Notes: a model not told the origin generated them from the letters alone. DNA of 64,000 bases from Eledone cirrhosa (GCA_964016885.1 OZ024745.1:24056001-24120000), one strand, 5' to 3'; positions 1 to 13,942 are shown, counted from the first letter of the stretch. Program-made: numbers and translations.

Positions 1-149
1 AAGAAACCACTGGTGAATGGAATAATTGCCTTATGTTGCTTATTACTTTATTACTTTACTACTATATATATGTATATGTAAGGTTCATATGAATTATCTA
101 AGACTGAGTTTTACACACACACACATGTATATGTGTATGTATGTGTATG

Positions 150-182
<33 letters not shown>

Positions 183-934
183 GTGTGTGTGTTTGTATTT
201 GGTTGTGCGTGTTTATGATATGTACGTATTTGTATGTGTATAATTGTATAGCTATGTATGTATATGTATGTGTGTATGTATACATATATGTGTGTGTGTT
301 TGTATTTTTATATTTATGTATATATATATATATATGTATGTGTATATAATTACATATACATATGTGTGTGTATATGTGTGTGTATAATTGTATACGTGTG
401 CGTGTGCATGTTTGTGCATGTATTTGTGTATGTGTATGTATGTGTTTATGTATTTGTATATGTACATTTATGTGTGAGAGTGTGTGTATGTATTTACTAT
501 TTCGTACGTATGTATACGTGCATTTGTGTGTATTACTTACCACGCGTGTCTGTCCAGTTACCTGCCTTCTGTATCGCTGTCAAAAAATGTTTTATATATA
601 TATATTTTTTCTTATATTTATTTGCGTGTGTGAATATGTAGAGGAGTGCATTTATGTATGTGTATGTATGTACGTGTGTATATATGTATGATTGTGTGCA
701 TGTATGTATGTATGTATATGTATGTGTGTATGGCTATGTTTGTGTATGTGTATGCTTGTACACATATATATATATGTATATGTGTATATATATATATATG
801 TATGTATATGTGTGTATATATGGATGTGTTGATATTTATGTGCGTATGTATATATGTGTATATGTATGTGTTTGTGTGTATTTATATACACATATATGTG
901 TGTATATATGTGTGTGTGTATGTATGAGTGTATG

Positions 935-1008
<74 letters not shown>

Positions 1009-1015
<7 letters not shown>

Positions 1016-1604
1016 CGTAAAATAAGAAAATTCTTTTTTAAAGTTTTTAAAAAAAATTTTAACTTACTTACTTAAATTTTCACTCCAACTAATTAGTTTC
1101 TGCAATGGGATAAAGACAGTTACCTAATCTAACCGTCGAGAATTCATTGCGTCATCAGGGAGTCTATTCTCAGCTAAGTCTCCAGGCAATGCGCGGACAC
1201 TGGCGGCTCATATAAAAATAATAATAATTCGGTAGATGGAACAGCTAGCGGGGACTAAATTCCATGCACTGAAATCCTCACTGCCTCTAGTCCAATGGCC
1301 GATTCTAAAGAATCAATCACGTGACACAGAGGCCAGTCAGTAGGAATGGGATGGTAAGATGACAGACGCCTACTAACACCCCCAAAAAAATTTTAGAAGT
1401 GGTTTTGGCAGGTTTGCTCGACAAATCAGTGATTTGGAGATAAATATAGATAATTTAATATATCAACTAACATAAGCGCACAGATGTACGCTAATGCCAG
1501 CAAATACACAGGTTATGTCATAGTACCTAGGTGGTTCAATGCAGGAGGATGCAGAACAATAATATAAAAGACGTAAAATAAGAAAAAAATTTTTTAAAGT
1601 TTTT
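1009..1604 (-). mobile_element. Hammerhead-containing non-coding element (retrozyme-like / Penelope pLTR-like) with ~40 bp terminal direct repeat, embedded in (TA)n
   Basis: taaaagacgtaaaataagaaaa...tttttaaagttttt occurs at ~1009-1048 and ~1565-1604 (unit ~556 bp); (TA)n on both flanks; internal HHR at 1082-1163. Confidence 0.75.
1082..1163 (-). ncRNA. Type I hammerhead ribozyme, extended stem II
   Basis: Minus strand reads ACUCC CUGAUGA C GCAAUG..GACGGUUA..UAACUGUC..CAUUGC A GAAA CUAAUUA GUU GGAGU. Stem I ACUCC/GGAGU; palindromic stem III AACUAAUUAGUU; GUU triplet; C.A at the base of stem II. Confidence 0.85.
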
Positions 1605-1627
1605 ATATATATATATATATGTGTGTG

Positions 1628-1666
<39 letters not shown>

Positions 1667-1988
1667 ATGCTTTTGTGTTTTTGTGTGTGTGTTTGCATGT
1701 GTAGTTTTATTTTATTTTTCCTTTCCTTCTTTCTTCTCCAGCCTCACTTTCATATAGATTGCATTTTTGTTTTTAAAATCCAAATTCAATAAACAGACCA
1801 GGATTTTTTCATTCTGAGGATTGAAAGCAAAATCTTTTGCTTTTAAGAAACCACTGGTAAATGGAATAATTGCCTTATGTTGTTTATTACATAACTATAT
1901 ATATATATTTATAAAAAAAACATGAGAAGAAAGAAGAATACTGCGTGGTTTGCACATCGGTTACATATGATAAAAATAGTCCTTCGTC

Positions 1989-2088
<100 letters not shown>

Positions 2089-2160
2089 TGTGAATGTGTG
2101 CGTGTGTGTATGCATCGAAACATTCCTGTATCTTTGGCCTTTTCCAACAAGTGTGAAACT

Positions 2161-2341
2161 GATAATTGTTTCTAATGTTGCCACAAAACCAGCAATTTGA
2201 AGGGAAGAAGAAAGTCACTAACATCGATCCAGTGCATTACTGGTGCTATGTTTTATCGAGCCCGGATTTGAACTCAAAAGGCCGCAACTATATGCCGAAA
2301 ATCATTTTGTCAGATGCTCTACCAATGCTGACAATCTACCG
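2161..2341 (-). mobile_element. Degenerate tRNA-derived SINE (Meta/MESC-type)
   Basis: Diverged match to the SINE copies at 12899 and 31706 (cagtgcattactggt, ttttatcga, ggatttgaactca). Confidence 0.6.
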
Positions 2342-2899
2342 TTTTAAGCGTGAAACTAATATTGCTTTGTGTAATTGTTCTTTTTTAACCAGGGAGCGGT
2401 TTAGTGAATTAGTTAAGCAGGCTTTGACAGAGGCGACCGTCAACAACAAATATTGATTTGTCCTGAAATGGTCATTTAGTAAAGAATCGATCAGGTTTAG
2501 TACAGTAGTGATAGAGACATCTAAACTAGAAAAAGAACTAGTTAGAAAGCTAGAAGAGGCCCTGATGTTGAATTTTTTTGTTCATTTAAATCAGTAATAT
2601 GTTAGGATAGGCATCAACATCACAACTTTCATTTCCGTAGCTAACAGGCTCAAAGAATCATGTAGACCGTAGACGGAAACAGGAAACCATTCTCGTATAT
2701 CCTTTCCATAGAGAGTATGACGTCACATCAGCTGCCACCGGAACCGGATAAGCGACATGAAGGTAATAATTCTAATGAGCGTAGGTATTGATCTGATGGT
2801 AGAATCTGTGTGTCTGTGTGTCTGTGTGTCCATATATAGGCGCGCATGTACATGTACATGTACTGTCATATGTACTGTCTGTAATATAAAACATACATA

Positions 2900-2943
<44 letters not shown>

Positions 2944-3003
2944 TAGATAGAGAGAGAGATATTTCTAAATATATCTATTTGTATACAAACATACACACAT
3001 ACA

Positions 3004-3050
<47 letters not shown>

Positions 3051-3126
3051 GTGTGTGTGTGTGTGTGTATATACAAACGTTTATATATATATAGCTACAC
3101 ATATACACACATACATACATACATAC

Positions 3127-3730
3127 ATGGTGGCTGCCAACTCGTTTTCGAGTACGGCCACTACTTTATATCCATGTAGGAGAACCCCTACCGATGCGCT
3201 GAACGAGTGTGACTTTTTAGTCCAGCCAGCGACTTGAAAACTCTGGTACAAACACTACACTTGTGACAATTATTGACACATAGTGCTGGGTCCTTGGTAC
3301 CATGTGATGACAAGTGCAGAGAGATCTCCAGATATAAAGCAATACCGTGAAGCTTTTATAGTGAGCAAAGGCACTGCACAAAGCCAGTCCCACTCTCTTA
3401 ACCAAGATGATATTTACCAAAAAGAAGAACAAGTCAACATCATAGGATACCATCAGGGTTGCAGGTGTTATATCAGAGTTTTCCTTCTCCTAGAATTCTG
3501 CCTTGACAAAGGCTAAGGGGTCATCTCTCCCGGTGATTTTCGATGGCCATTGACTCTTAAGAGCTCCTTTGCCCTTTGACAGGTTTTGTTTTTAGTCCTG
3601 CAGGATGTCCAAAGTCACCCTCCTCACCAAGAAACCTTGGTGGGGTTGCCAGCTTAGACGCCAACGACCCAACCATGTGACAGGTTGTACTGGGATACAT
3701 GTTACCAGTAGCACCAACTGGTGACCTGAC
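3127..3730 (-). mobile_element. Non-autonomous retroposon, probably RTE-related, flanked by (TACA)n
   Basis: Near-identical partial copy at 51467-51838 shares the left end and is truncated on the right. Contains ctaggagaaggaaaactc, a motif I associate with RTE 5' UTRs; no long ORF. Confidence 0.6.
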
Positions 3731-3771
3731 ATACATACATACATACATACATACATACATACATACATACA

Positions 3772-3802
<31 letters not shown>

Positions 3803-3869
3803 TTACATGCACACATACATAATGAAACCACACATTGATACACACTTTTATAACCTTATATCTCATTCT

Positions 3870-4200
3870 GTTCAGATAAAGCAGCAGTGTGACTTCCGTA
3901 CAGCCAGAACTATTGGAGAGAGTTATTTCTCTATATTATGCACCAGTTATCACCTGCTTTTAAGATCATCGATAAAAATAACGCCATTAGTCTGGACATC
4001 AGTAAAGCTTACGATCGTGTCAATAAAAAAATCCTTGTAGGTAATTTGACTGTCCATGAGTTCCACCTGTCGGTTTAAATAAAAGTTTCTAGTCATATCG
4101 TTCTGCCAATGACTGTCAACAAACAGTCTTTCTTTGAGACGTATTCTGACAATTCAGTTGTGCATTATGACTCATTTATGTTGCCTACATGTTTCTCTCT
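3870..4200 (+). pseudogene. Decayed LINE reverse transcriptase fragment (CR1/Jockey-like)
   Basis: Translates to QQCDFRTARTIG and, frameshifted, AISLDISKAYDRV (RT QxGFR and LDxxKAFDxV motifs). Confidence 0.65.
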
Positions 4201-6009
4201 TAGATTATGATTAAATTTTAACACACAGTCACCTCTTAGATACAGTCTAGTTTCGTACACGGAACACGGACTAATCTTTAAAGGATAACACGGTCTAGTC
4301 TTTAAAGGAGACATAACAGACAACCTTTCCTCAGCACGACTAGAATATAGCTATTACTTTATCTACAAATGAGCGTTTCAACGAAACTTACTCAAGAATA
4401 CCGTACAATCACTACAAATGTTTGGCCCACGAAAACTATGACTATATATATTTTGTGACTATACAATATAGTCAAAATCTTTCATGGTCTCAATTACTAT
4501 AAACAAGGCCGGCAATCTTGCTGATTAGCGAAGTCTCGCTCACTAGTATGCTACTAACCATTATAACTGGAGATTTCATAATAGACTCCATGATTTCAAT
4601 AGTTAATTTTGAAAAACTTGATAATTTCAATATTTTCAATAATTATTTTTTCAAAACATGAAGAATGTAGAATCTGACATTTTGTCGTTCTTCTGACAGT
4701 GAATAAATTATTAATTTTAATAAATAATAATTTCACTATCTTTTAAACAGAGCGAACTTCTATAACCCTTATTTTCTTTTCTATAGATGTTATGTACACA
4801 CCCCTCATCTGTCTGGAAGTTCTGGCAAATGTTATAAGCAATATCACTCTGCCTTAGACTAAAACAATATGGTATATCGTCCTAAACCATACCTATATAT
4901 TTAGACTAATATACTGAAGAAGTAAGAATGAAAAGAGTTAATCTATATGTTCTTCTTAATTGGATGGGGGAAATGGCTTCAGAAAGAAATTGATTTCTTT
5001 AGGGCTCTTGAGTCTCATGTTAGGTACCAGCATAGCATCACGAGGTCAACTAAATTTGTTGGCTATCATGCCTGTGTATTGGCCTCCCTTCAATACTTAT
5101 GGAAGACTTGGATCCTTTAAAGCATCAAATAAATGCTCTTGAGCTCTTTCATCAAAACGTCACATTTTGAATGTTAACTAGTCCTTACAAACTCCGAACT
5201 CAATGAGTTTGAAAGTAGTCGAGGTTTTGAAAATTAAGGCAATGATACACAAGCACAATTTATGCTAAACTGTATATCTTGTACGATATACTGTATGATG
5301 AGCTTTTTATGCGGCAAAATCCCTCAGTACAAACCTATCTCTAAAGTCTGTCTTGCAACCAGAGGCTCACTAGGCTGTTGTTTATACCGGTTTCCATGGA
5401 GGTAAGTACGGGATTGTAATGATCGTAAGTCTAATACATTTACTACTAGGCCACGTGCTTTCACACCACAAACCAAGACTGTGGTTTAAAGATTGTGCAA
5501 AATCTATTTTAAAAGCAATTGAAATAAGTGAGAACGAATGACATTTATCGCCACTAATGGAGAAAACGGGAAAAAGAAAGGGGCGGATGATTTTTGAAAA
5601 AGTGTCCATTTTCCATGAAAATTTTACAGCAAGCTGCACAAAAATGCACAATTTGGTAAATGGATGTGGTAAACCTAGACGATGGTATGTGTGGTCATAT
5701 ATGTTATTTTTCAAATAGCGATGTCATTAGTCACCAACGACGTCATCAGGCGAGACAGGAACATTACAATAGATTACATAACATACCGTACATGTGGGAA
5801 GGTTTGAAGATTTATTGATGGCCTAAAACGACATCGTGCTATACATAAGAATATTCTAGAGAACCCAGTGAACGAATTAGATGAATTATGGATGAATTAG
5901 CCATTGGAGGTGAAACAAGGATTCCCAGTCAACTCATGATGTATATGTCTGTCTGTATGTATGTATGTATATGCAAGCAAATATGTATGTCTGAATGTGT
6001 GTACATATG

Positions 6010-6052
<43 letters not shown>

Positions 6053-6114
6053 ATATTTCCTTTTTTTTTCTTTTTTTTGTGTTATGTGTATATCCTATAT
6101 GTACATGAATATAT

Positions 6115-6234
<120 letters not shown>

Positions 6235-6253
6235 TCATTTAACTATATATGTG

Positions 6254-6309
<56 letters not shown>

Positions 6310-6599
6310 ATATACACATACATATAGGATATATACATAACAGCAAAAAAAAAAGTAAAAAAAAAGGAGATATTTAAGAAGATTGAAAATGACTCTGGCA
6401 CCGAATCAAATGGGATAGGAAATAGTTTAAGTGCTGTAGTATTGTAATGGAGGCTTGTAGAAGCTATGGTGAGGGGGGGGGGTTACTGTTTGCCAATGGT
6501 GTTGGTGAAGTTTCTGTTAGAGGCGAATACTTTACGAAAACACACCTAACAACTATTAATTACTAGTGGTGACATGTAGGTGTTTCCATACTTAAGAGA

Positions 6600-7262
6600 G
6601 CTGCAGGGAGAACGAAATAAAATTATGAATGAAAGACGGAAAGAGAGAATGTAGAAAAAAGAAAAGATGAACAGAAAGAATGAAAAAGTAAAGAAAAAGA
6701 TGAGATAAGGTAAAGAAAAAAGAGAAAGAAAGAATGAAAGAAAGCGAGTATGAAAGAAGGAAAGAGAGTGAGAAGAAAAAGAAGAAAAGGGAGAAGGATA
6801 TAGAAGGAAATAAGGAAAATGGTGAAGAAATATTGTAGGAAAAAGAAAGAAATGAAACGTCATAGATGAGAGATAGGAAAAGAGAAGGAAGAAAATGTGG
6901 GAAGATGGAAAGACTGAAAGAAAGAGAAAGGAAAAAAGAGAAGGAAGAGAAAAAGTGAGAAGATGAGAATAACGAAAAAATAAAGAAAAAGAGAGAAGGA
7001 AGTAAGAAGAGAGAAAAGAAGAGAAGAAAGAGAGAGAGAAAGAAAGACAGAGAGAAGGAAGCAAGAAGAGAGAAAAGAAGAGAAGAGAGAAAAGAAGAGA
7101 AGAAAGAAAAAAGAGAAATGGAAAAGAAAATAGAGAAAGAAGCAAAAAAAAAGGGAAAAGAAGAAAGAAAGAAGGGGGAAAGAAAAGAGCAATGAAGAAA
7201 ATAAAGGAAAAGAAGCAAATAGAGAGAGAAAAATAAGAGAGAAACGAGAGGGAAAGGAAAGA
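6600..7262. repeat. Purine-rich (GA/GAA) low-complexity tract
   Basis: Almost only A and G on the + strand. Confidence 0.9.
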
Positions 7263-7359
7263 TTGGTTGAACAGTGTTATGTGTGTGTGGTGGTCAATAT
7301 GGTTGTTAGGGTGTTTATGGGAGTCTGTGGGGTGGATAGTTGTGAGTGTGTGGGTGTTG

Positions 7360-8357
7360 TGGTGTGGTGGTAGTGGTGGTGGTGGTGGTAGTGGTGGTGG
7401 TGGTGGTAGTGGTGGTAGTGGTGGTAGTGGTGGTAGTGGTGCTGGTGGTGTGGTGATATGGTGGTGTGGTGGTGTGGTGGTGGTGGTAGTGGTGGTAGTG
7501 GTGGTAGTGGTGGTAGTGGTGGTAGTGGTGGTATGGTGGTAGTGGTGCTGGTGGTGTGGTGGTGTGGTGGTGTGGTGGTGTGGTGGTGCTGGTGGTGTGG
7601 TGGTATGGTGGTGCTGTTGGTGTGGTGGTGGTGGTGGTAGTGGTGGTAGCGGGGTGGTGGTGTGGTGGTGGTGGTAGTGGTGGTGGTGGTGGTGGTGGTA
7701 GTGGTGGTAGTGGTGGTAGTGGTGCTGGTGGTGTGGTGGTATGGTGGTGTGGTGGTGTGGTGGTAGCGGTGGTGGTGGTGGTGGTGGTGGTAGTGGTGGT
7801 AGTGGTGGTAGTGATGCTGGTGGTGTGGTGGTATGGTGGTGTAGTGGTGTGGTGGTATTGGTGGTGGTGGTGTGGTGGTGGTGGTAGTGGTGGTGCTGGT
7901 GGTGTGGTGGTGGTGGTAGTGGTGGTGTGGTCGTGTGGTCGTGCTGGTGGTGTGGTGGTGTGGTAGTGCTGGTGGTGTGGTGGTGGTGGTGGTAGTGGTG
8001 GTGTGGTGGTGTGGTCGTGCTGGTGGTGCTGGTGGTAGTGGTGGTGGTGCTGGTGGTGGTGTGGTGGTGCTGGTGGTGGTGTGGTGGTGCTGGTGGTGGT
8101 GTGGTGGTGTGCCAGTGAATGTTTCTAGGGTCACTGAAGCAGAAGGGTTTATTTTTATGGCGGCAATCGCCATTGTTAAGTGTCGTCAGCGGCTCTCTGC
8201 TGCTCTGAACATCCACAATAGTTGAGGTGGCGATGGAGGGATGTTTGTTATTCTGTAAGTGGCAGTGGTGGTGGTGGTTGTGGTTGTGGTGGTGGTGGTG
8301 GTGTTGGTGGTGTTGGTGGTGTTGGTGGTGGTGGTGTTGGTGGTGTTGGTGGTGTTG

Positions 8358-8389
<32 letters not shown>

Positions 8390-8451
8390 GGTTGTGGTTG
8401 TGGTGGTGGTGTTGGTGGTGTTGGTGGTGGTGGTGTTGGTGGTGTTGGTGG

Positions 8452-8482
<31 letters not shown>

Positions 8483-9060
8483 GGTGGTGGTTGTGGTGGT
8501 GGTGGTGGTGGTGGTAGTGTTGGTGGTGGTGGTGTTGGTGTTGGTGGTGGTGGTGGTGGTGGTGGTAGTGTTGGTGGTGTTGGTGTTGTTGGTGGTGGTG
8601 GTGTTGGTGGTGGTTTTGGTGGTGGTGGTGGTGGTGGTGGCTGTAATTGTGGTTGTGATAGTGGTGGTGGTGGTGGTGGTGGTGGTGGTGGTGGTGGTGG
8701 TTTTGGTGGTGCTGGTGCTGGTGGTGGCTGTAATTGTGGTTGTGATAGTGGTGGTGGTGATGGTGGTGGTGGTGGTGGTGGTGGTGTTGGTGGTGGTTTT
8801 GGTGCTGGTTGTGGTTGTGTTGTGTGTGGTTTATGGGGTGGGGTGGTAGGGGGCGATGATGATGGTGAAGGTGATGGTTGCGTGTGTGTGGGGGGGGGGG
8901 GGTGATGATGATGTTGAAGGTGGTGGTTGTGGTGGTGGTGGTGGTCGGGTGGTGGTTATGGTGGTTGTGGTGGTTGTGGTGGTGGTGGTCGGGGGGGGGG
9001 GGGGGTTACCATGGTGATGGTTGTGGTGGTGGTGGTCAGAGTGGTGGTTTTTGTGGCGGT
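7360..9060. repeat. (GGT)n-based compound microsatellite
   Basis: ggt/tgg/gtt repeats interrupted by a ~150 bp unique island at 8111-8262. Confidence 0.95.
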
Positions 9061-9980
9061 GGTGGTTGTGTTAGATGTTGCGGTTGCGGTAGTTGTGGTG
9101 ATTGCATCAGTGAGGCAAGTTATAGTAGTGATGTTGATGTTTATTGTGACACTGCTGGTGATTGAGGTGGAGGGTTGTGATGATGAGGCAGGGATTGTGT
9201 TGGTGGTAGGGTGTGTTGGTGTAGTAGTGGTAGGGGAGGTAGTGGTTGCGGTTGTCGCAGTGGCGGTAGTGATATTGGTATTTATCGTGACATCGCTGAG
9301 TTTTGTGGTGGTGGTAGTGGTGCTGGCTACTGTTGTAGTGAGGGTGGAGTAGTTTGTGTTGGTCATTGTTGCTGTGGCAGGCATGGTGGCAACGAGTATC
9401 CTGGTGGCAATGTGATGGTATTGATGGCGAATACAACAATGGTCGTGCTGGTGATATTTACTTTATATCGATACTACCTAATAATTGTTTGGGTTACCTG
9501 CTAGTTTCATACAGGAATCAGACGTCAGATAGTGTTAACATACGTTCTGGCCGAAGTTGAGTTTCGTCAGAGCTAATATGTTTACAATATGGCTGCTCGA
9601 TAATCTAATGGTGACCTCGAAATATGTACAATATATGTAAGAAAAGAAAGAAAGAAAGAGAAGGAAGAAAAGAGAAAATGCAGAGGTGAGAACTCTCCCT
9701 ATATTGGTAACTTGTTGCCTTTGTAAAACAGAGAAGCTGCTTATTGGGTGAATATGTGGGTAGTGAAGAGGATATGTTAGGCGTGTAACACGTTTGAGTC
9801 CGACAACTAGACTCTCAAATGTCAAACTTTCAAAGGGACCTCATAACTTAAATAGCACAAGGCCTCATTTGTCCTAAATCCGACACTGAGTACTGTCATC
9901 TAATTCTTCTTTTTTGCTTACTGTAATAGTTTCATATTTCAAGTCCCAGAACTATTCAAAGTAAAGAACTATATGGACTT

Positions 9981-10070
9981 AATAATTGTTTCTATTTTAG
10001 GCACAAGGCCAGCAATTACCCAGTACTTTATTTTATCGACCCCGTAAGGATGAAAGGCAAAGTTAACCTC
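9981..10070 (-). mobile_element. Truncated Meta/MESC-type SINE (3' half)
   Basis: aataattgtttcta...ggcacaaggccagcaattacc...ttttatcgaccccgtaaggatgaaaggcaaagttaacctc. Confidence 0.85.
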
Positions 10071-10944
10071 TTAATAATGTGTTGCAGATCAAATTTCATA
10101 AATTCCTTGCTCTATTGACAGACAATAACAAAACACATGACGCATTAATCTTATTTGCCACTATACAATACCTGGAAGTGAAGTTTTCAATGGAATTCAC
10201 CACATATATCCCTAAACAAATATGCACCTGATTATTTGTGATATAATATAGTCCGAATGAAGCTAGGAATTTAGTGGAGGGTTTATTTCTATGTCTACAA
10301 TAACTCAGTTTACAACATAGCGCCATAGATCTACATGCATTCTCTTAAATACTGGTTACAGTTTACTGTTGTAATCAACGAAGCTCTGTAAACCTATTGT
10401 GTTGAATGTAACTCACTTCGTGAATAAAGTCAAAAGTTTCATTGGTTTCCGTATATCAATGTAGTAGACAATTGCATCAAGCTCTTCTCTTCTTGCTTGT
10501 GCTCGATAGGACTGGGGTACTCCAAGGTCAGCGATCCAAGAGGTGTCATCGTGCGTAGAGCCTTATGTACAAGAAGACAATAATTAAAAGATTTCATTTA
10601 TTTGATCTCTTTGTATAACATAGTAGAAGATATATCATTAAAGGAACTTCTAGATTGCCGACATTGGAACGGCTCGTGCCCACCTTGAAAGTTTACAAAG
10701 TAAGACGAAGATGTGGAAGGAATTGAAGACCTGCTTAGAAAGCTTGAAACATCGGGAAATCTGCTAAAGGCATCGAAGTCCCATATGATGCTGATAAACC
10801 GAGAGGCATATTAGGTTTATCATCCAAAGTTAAAACTATCCTTCATTTTCTAATTTCCCTTTTTATTCCTGCTTAAAAGTTGGTGTTGTTACTATATATG
10901 AATTCATTTTCTACATTATATGTATAGATGATAAGTTCCCTCAT

Positions 10945-11161
10945 TTAGAACAGATTTTACGGACGAAACTAACCGTAAGGAGACCCAGATGGTAGAGTCC
11001 GAGCAAGATGGTTGGATAACATCCATTAGCTCGGCTGGTCTCGCTTGGAGATCTAGCCGGATCAATTAGAAACGGTTGTTTCTGGTAGGACACATTGGAA
11101 GGAGTATTTCGGGGACTATGCCCCCTCACGACCCTCTCGGAATAAATGGGCAAAGAAGAAG

Positions 11162-11190
<29 letters not shown>
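10945..11190 (+). mobile_element. RTE-clade LINE 3' end with (GAA)n tail
   Basis: Homologous to 27184-27490; degenerate RPRxRP..WLDNI C-terminal motif followed by (GAA)n. Confidence 0.7.
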
Positions 11191-11192
<2 letters not shown>

Positions 11193-11459
11193 GTCAATGT
11201 TCAATATTTGTTAATACTGTTAGCAATATGTTAATAATATTAATATGTGTCTCTTCCATTAGTTTAATTTGAATATTTTGAATGATTTATGGATATATTT
11301 TAATCAATGATGTTTTTTGTTGAAAATATTGAATGGAATAGAATTACAGATTCTACAAACCTAACTTATTGGAGTTACTGTCTTTTACACAAGTTGAATC
11401 TATTTCACTGAATTTCTATATTCAAAATTTGTACACACGATTTATGTATATACACAATT

Positions 11460-11490
<31 letters not shown>

Positions 11491-11514
11491 AACGCGATTT
11501 CTATCATATAAACA

Positions 11515-11606
<92 letters not shown>

Positions 11607-12075
11607 ACACTATTAATATATATATACACACGATTAATATATATATATATATATATTTATTAGCACCTAGTCCCATGATACATCAAATTCAAATCCTAAA
11701 TCCCAATATAATACTACATGCAGTTATGATTATGGCTGTATTTTTTATGATGCTGTGTGCGTCCATCTTAACTTGCGAACATGGTAGTGAAAAGATAAGA
11801 CATAACACAGACGGGAGTGAGTGAGGCTAATAAAAACCAGCAAGTTCTTGAGGAAATTATTCAGCAAATATTCCTGTACATTCTTCTGACTACTTGGAAA
11901 TGAAATAGACGGCACCATATTCTTATTCCTTCACTTAATTATGTGTATTTGTATTCATATATACGCATCCACGGATTCGTAGTTGCTCTGTGTATGTTTA
12001 TGCAAGCATGTATGTGTGTATGTATGTATGAATGTATGTATGTGTGTATATATATATTTATATGTTTGAATATGT

Positions 12076-12232
<157 letters not shown>

Positions 12233-12275
12233 GGAATACTGTTGGCTTCTTGCTACAATAATTTCTATGCTTTTC

Positions 12276-12315
<40 letters not shown>

Positions 12316-12410
12316 GAATATGTATGTATGAATGTATGTATGTAAATATGTATGTGTATATGTATGTACATAAAGCCATAACACGCATATATTTTATTCA
12401 TGTTATAATG

Positions 12411-12543
<133 letters not shown>

Positions 12544-12898
12544 AAATATCCGGCTGACTTAAAAAGTATTAGAGATTTGAAATGTAGTCATCCCAATGTA
12601 AACGGCTATAATAATAGTCGACCACTATAAATAATTGTTTCTACGTTTGGCACAAGGACAGCAATTACCCAGTGCATTACTGGTACTTTATTTTATAAAC
12701 ATAATAGTTGAGAAGACTGAGTAAAGTATCCTTAGTGACGAACAAACTGGACATAGCACAAATAATTTACAATAACGTAAGGATCATGTAACGATGGTCT
12801 TAGAGACCTATGGTCACCTGCTCCTCAAACAAGTATACAACATTCCTGTTCATAGATTTTCCTTTATTTTCCATTTGGGGGCTCTATTGTTTACCAAG

Positions 12899-13189
12899 GG
12901 CGGTGGATTGGCAGTATCGGTAGAGGGTCGGACGCCATGCTTTGTAGCATAGAGTTATGACCCTTTACGGTTTGAGTTCAAATCCCGCCGAGGTTAACTT
13001 TGCCTTTCATCCTTACGGGGTCGATAAAATAAAGCACCAGTAGCGTACTGGGGTCGATTTAATCGACTTTTCCCCCAAATTACTGGCCTTGTGCCTATAC
13101 TAGAATTCATCCTTACGGGGTCGATAAAATAAAGTACCAGTAATGTACTGTGTAATTGCTGGCCTTGTGTCAAAGTAGAAACAATTATT
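12899..13189 (+). mobile_element. Full-length tRNA-derived SINE (Meta/MESC-type) with duplicated 3' part
   Basis: A-box-like tggcagtatcgg, B-box gagttcaaatcc, body gcctttcatccttacggggtcgataaaataaagtaccag repeated twice. Confidence 0.9.
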
Positions 13190-13367
13190 GCTTACCAAAT
13201 AGTGTAAGGACATTTTAATTATTAGCGGTTTTCTTGATTTGCCAGTGATAAGTATCTGGCAAGGGCAGTTGAGCAACAGAAGGTCTTCAGAGAAGAAAAT
13301 CCTCACACCTACCCCCATGCAAGTGTTTCGGTCCCTTGTCTATTGTTTTAACTCCAGTTTTACACAT

Positions 13368-13567
13368 GCGAGGGTCAGCTGAAAAGTTAATATGTTGACT
13401 ATGAAAGAATGATGTTAGAGCTGTGAAATCTTGCATGCATTATTTTCAGTTCTTCTTACTAATAACTGCATTGTTCCTTTACAGAGACTATGTTGAAATA
13501 TAAACCTTGTTTCGTCATTCCATGAGAGTATCTTGGTCAGCCTATGGATATTTCATCCGACCCCGCA
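13368..13567. mobile_element. ~200 bp Tc1/mariner-type MITE
   Basis: Imperfect TIR cgagggtcagctgaaaagtt...gac / gtcagcctatg..tttcatccgacccc; homologues at 28865 and 61790. Confidence 0.75.
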
Positions 13568-13579
13568 TAAATACTATGA

Positions 13580-13942
13580 GAGAGAGTGTGTGAGAGAAAG
13601 AGAGAGGGGGGGGGGCGTAAGAGAAAGAAAGAGAGAGAGTGGGATAGAGTAAGAGAAAGAAAGAGAGAGAGAGAGAGCGGGAGAGAGAGTAAGAGAAAGA
13701 AAGAGAGAGAGCGCGGGAAAGAGTAAGAGAAAGAAAGAGAGAGAGAGAGATAGAGAGTAAGAGAAAGAAATAGAGAGAGAGAGCGGGAGAGAGAGTAAGA
13801 GAAAGAAAGAGAGAGAGAGAGAGAGTGAGAGAGAGTAAGAGAAAAAAAGAGAGAGAGGGAGAGGATGAGAAAGAGAGAAAGAGATGGGGGAGAGAAGGAG
13901 AGAGAGAGATATATATAGACAGAGAGAAGGAGAGAGAGAGAG

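Noticed and set aside
5705-5760. CUGAUGA plus hairpin on the minus strand
   Set aside because: GAAA does not follow the stem and stems I and III do not form
8111-8262. Unique island in GGT repeats with splice-like signals
   Set aside because: Plus-strand frames contain stops; the minus-strand reading runs into repeat with no donor and no recognisable domain
6546-9439. Long His/Thr/Pro, Gly and Val-rich ORFs (up to 556 aa)
   Set aside because: Translations of (GGT)n and GA-rich simple repeats, open in several frames and on both strands
10330-10560. SWIADLGVP, Gypsy integrase-like, on the minus strand
   Set aside because: Single short motif with no supporting LTR or further integrase residues
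12899-12990. tRNA gene
   Set aside because: A/B boxes belong to a multicopy SINE head with no complete cloverleaf
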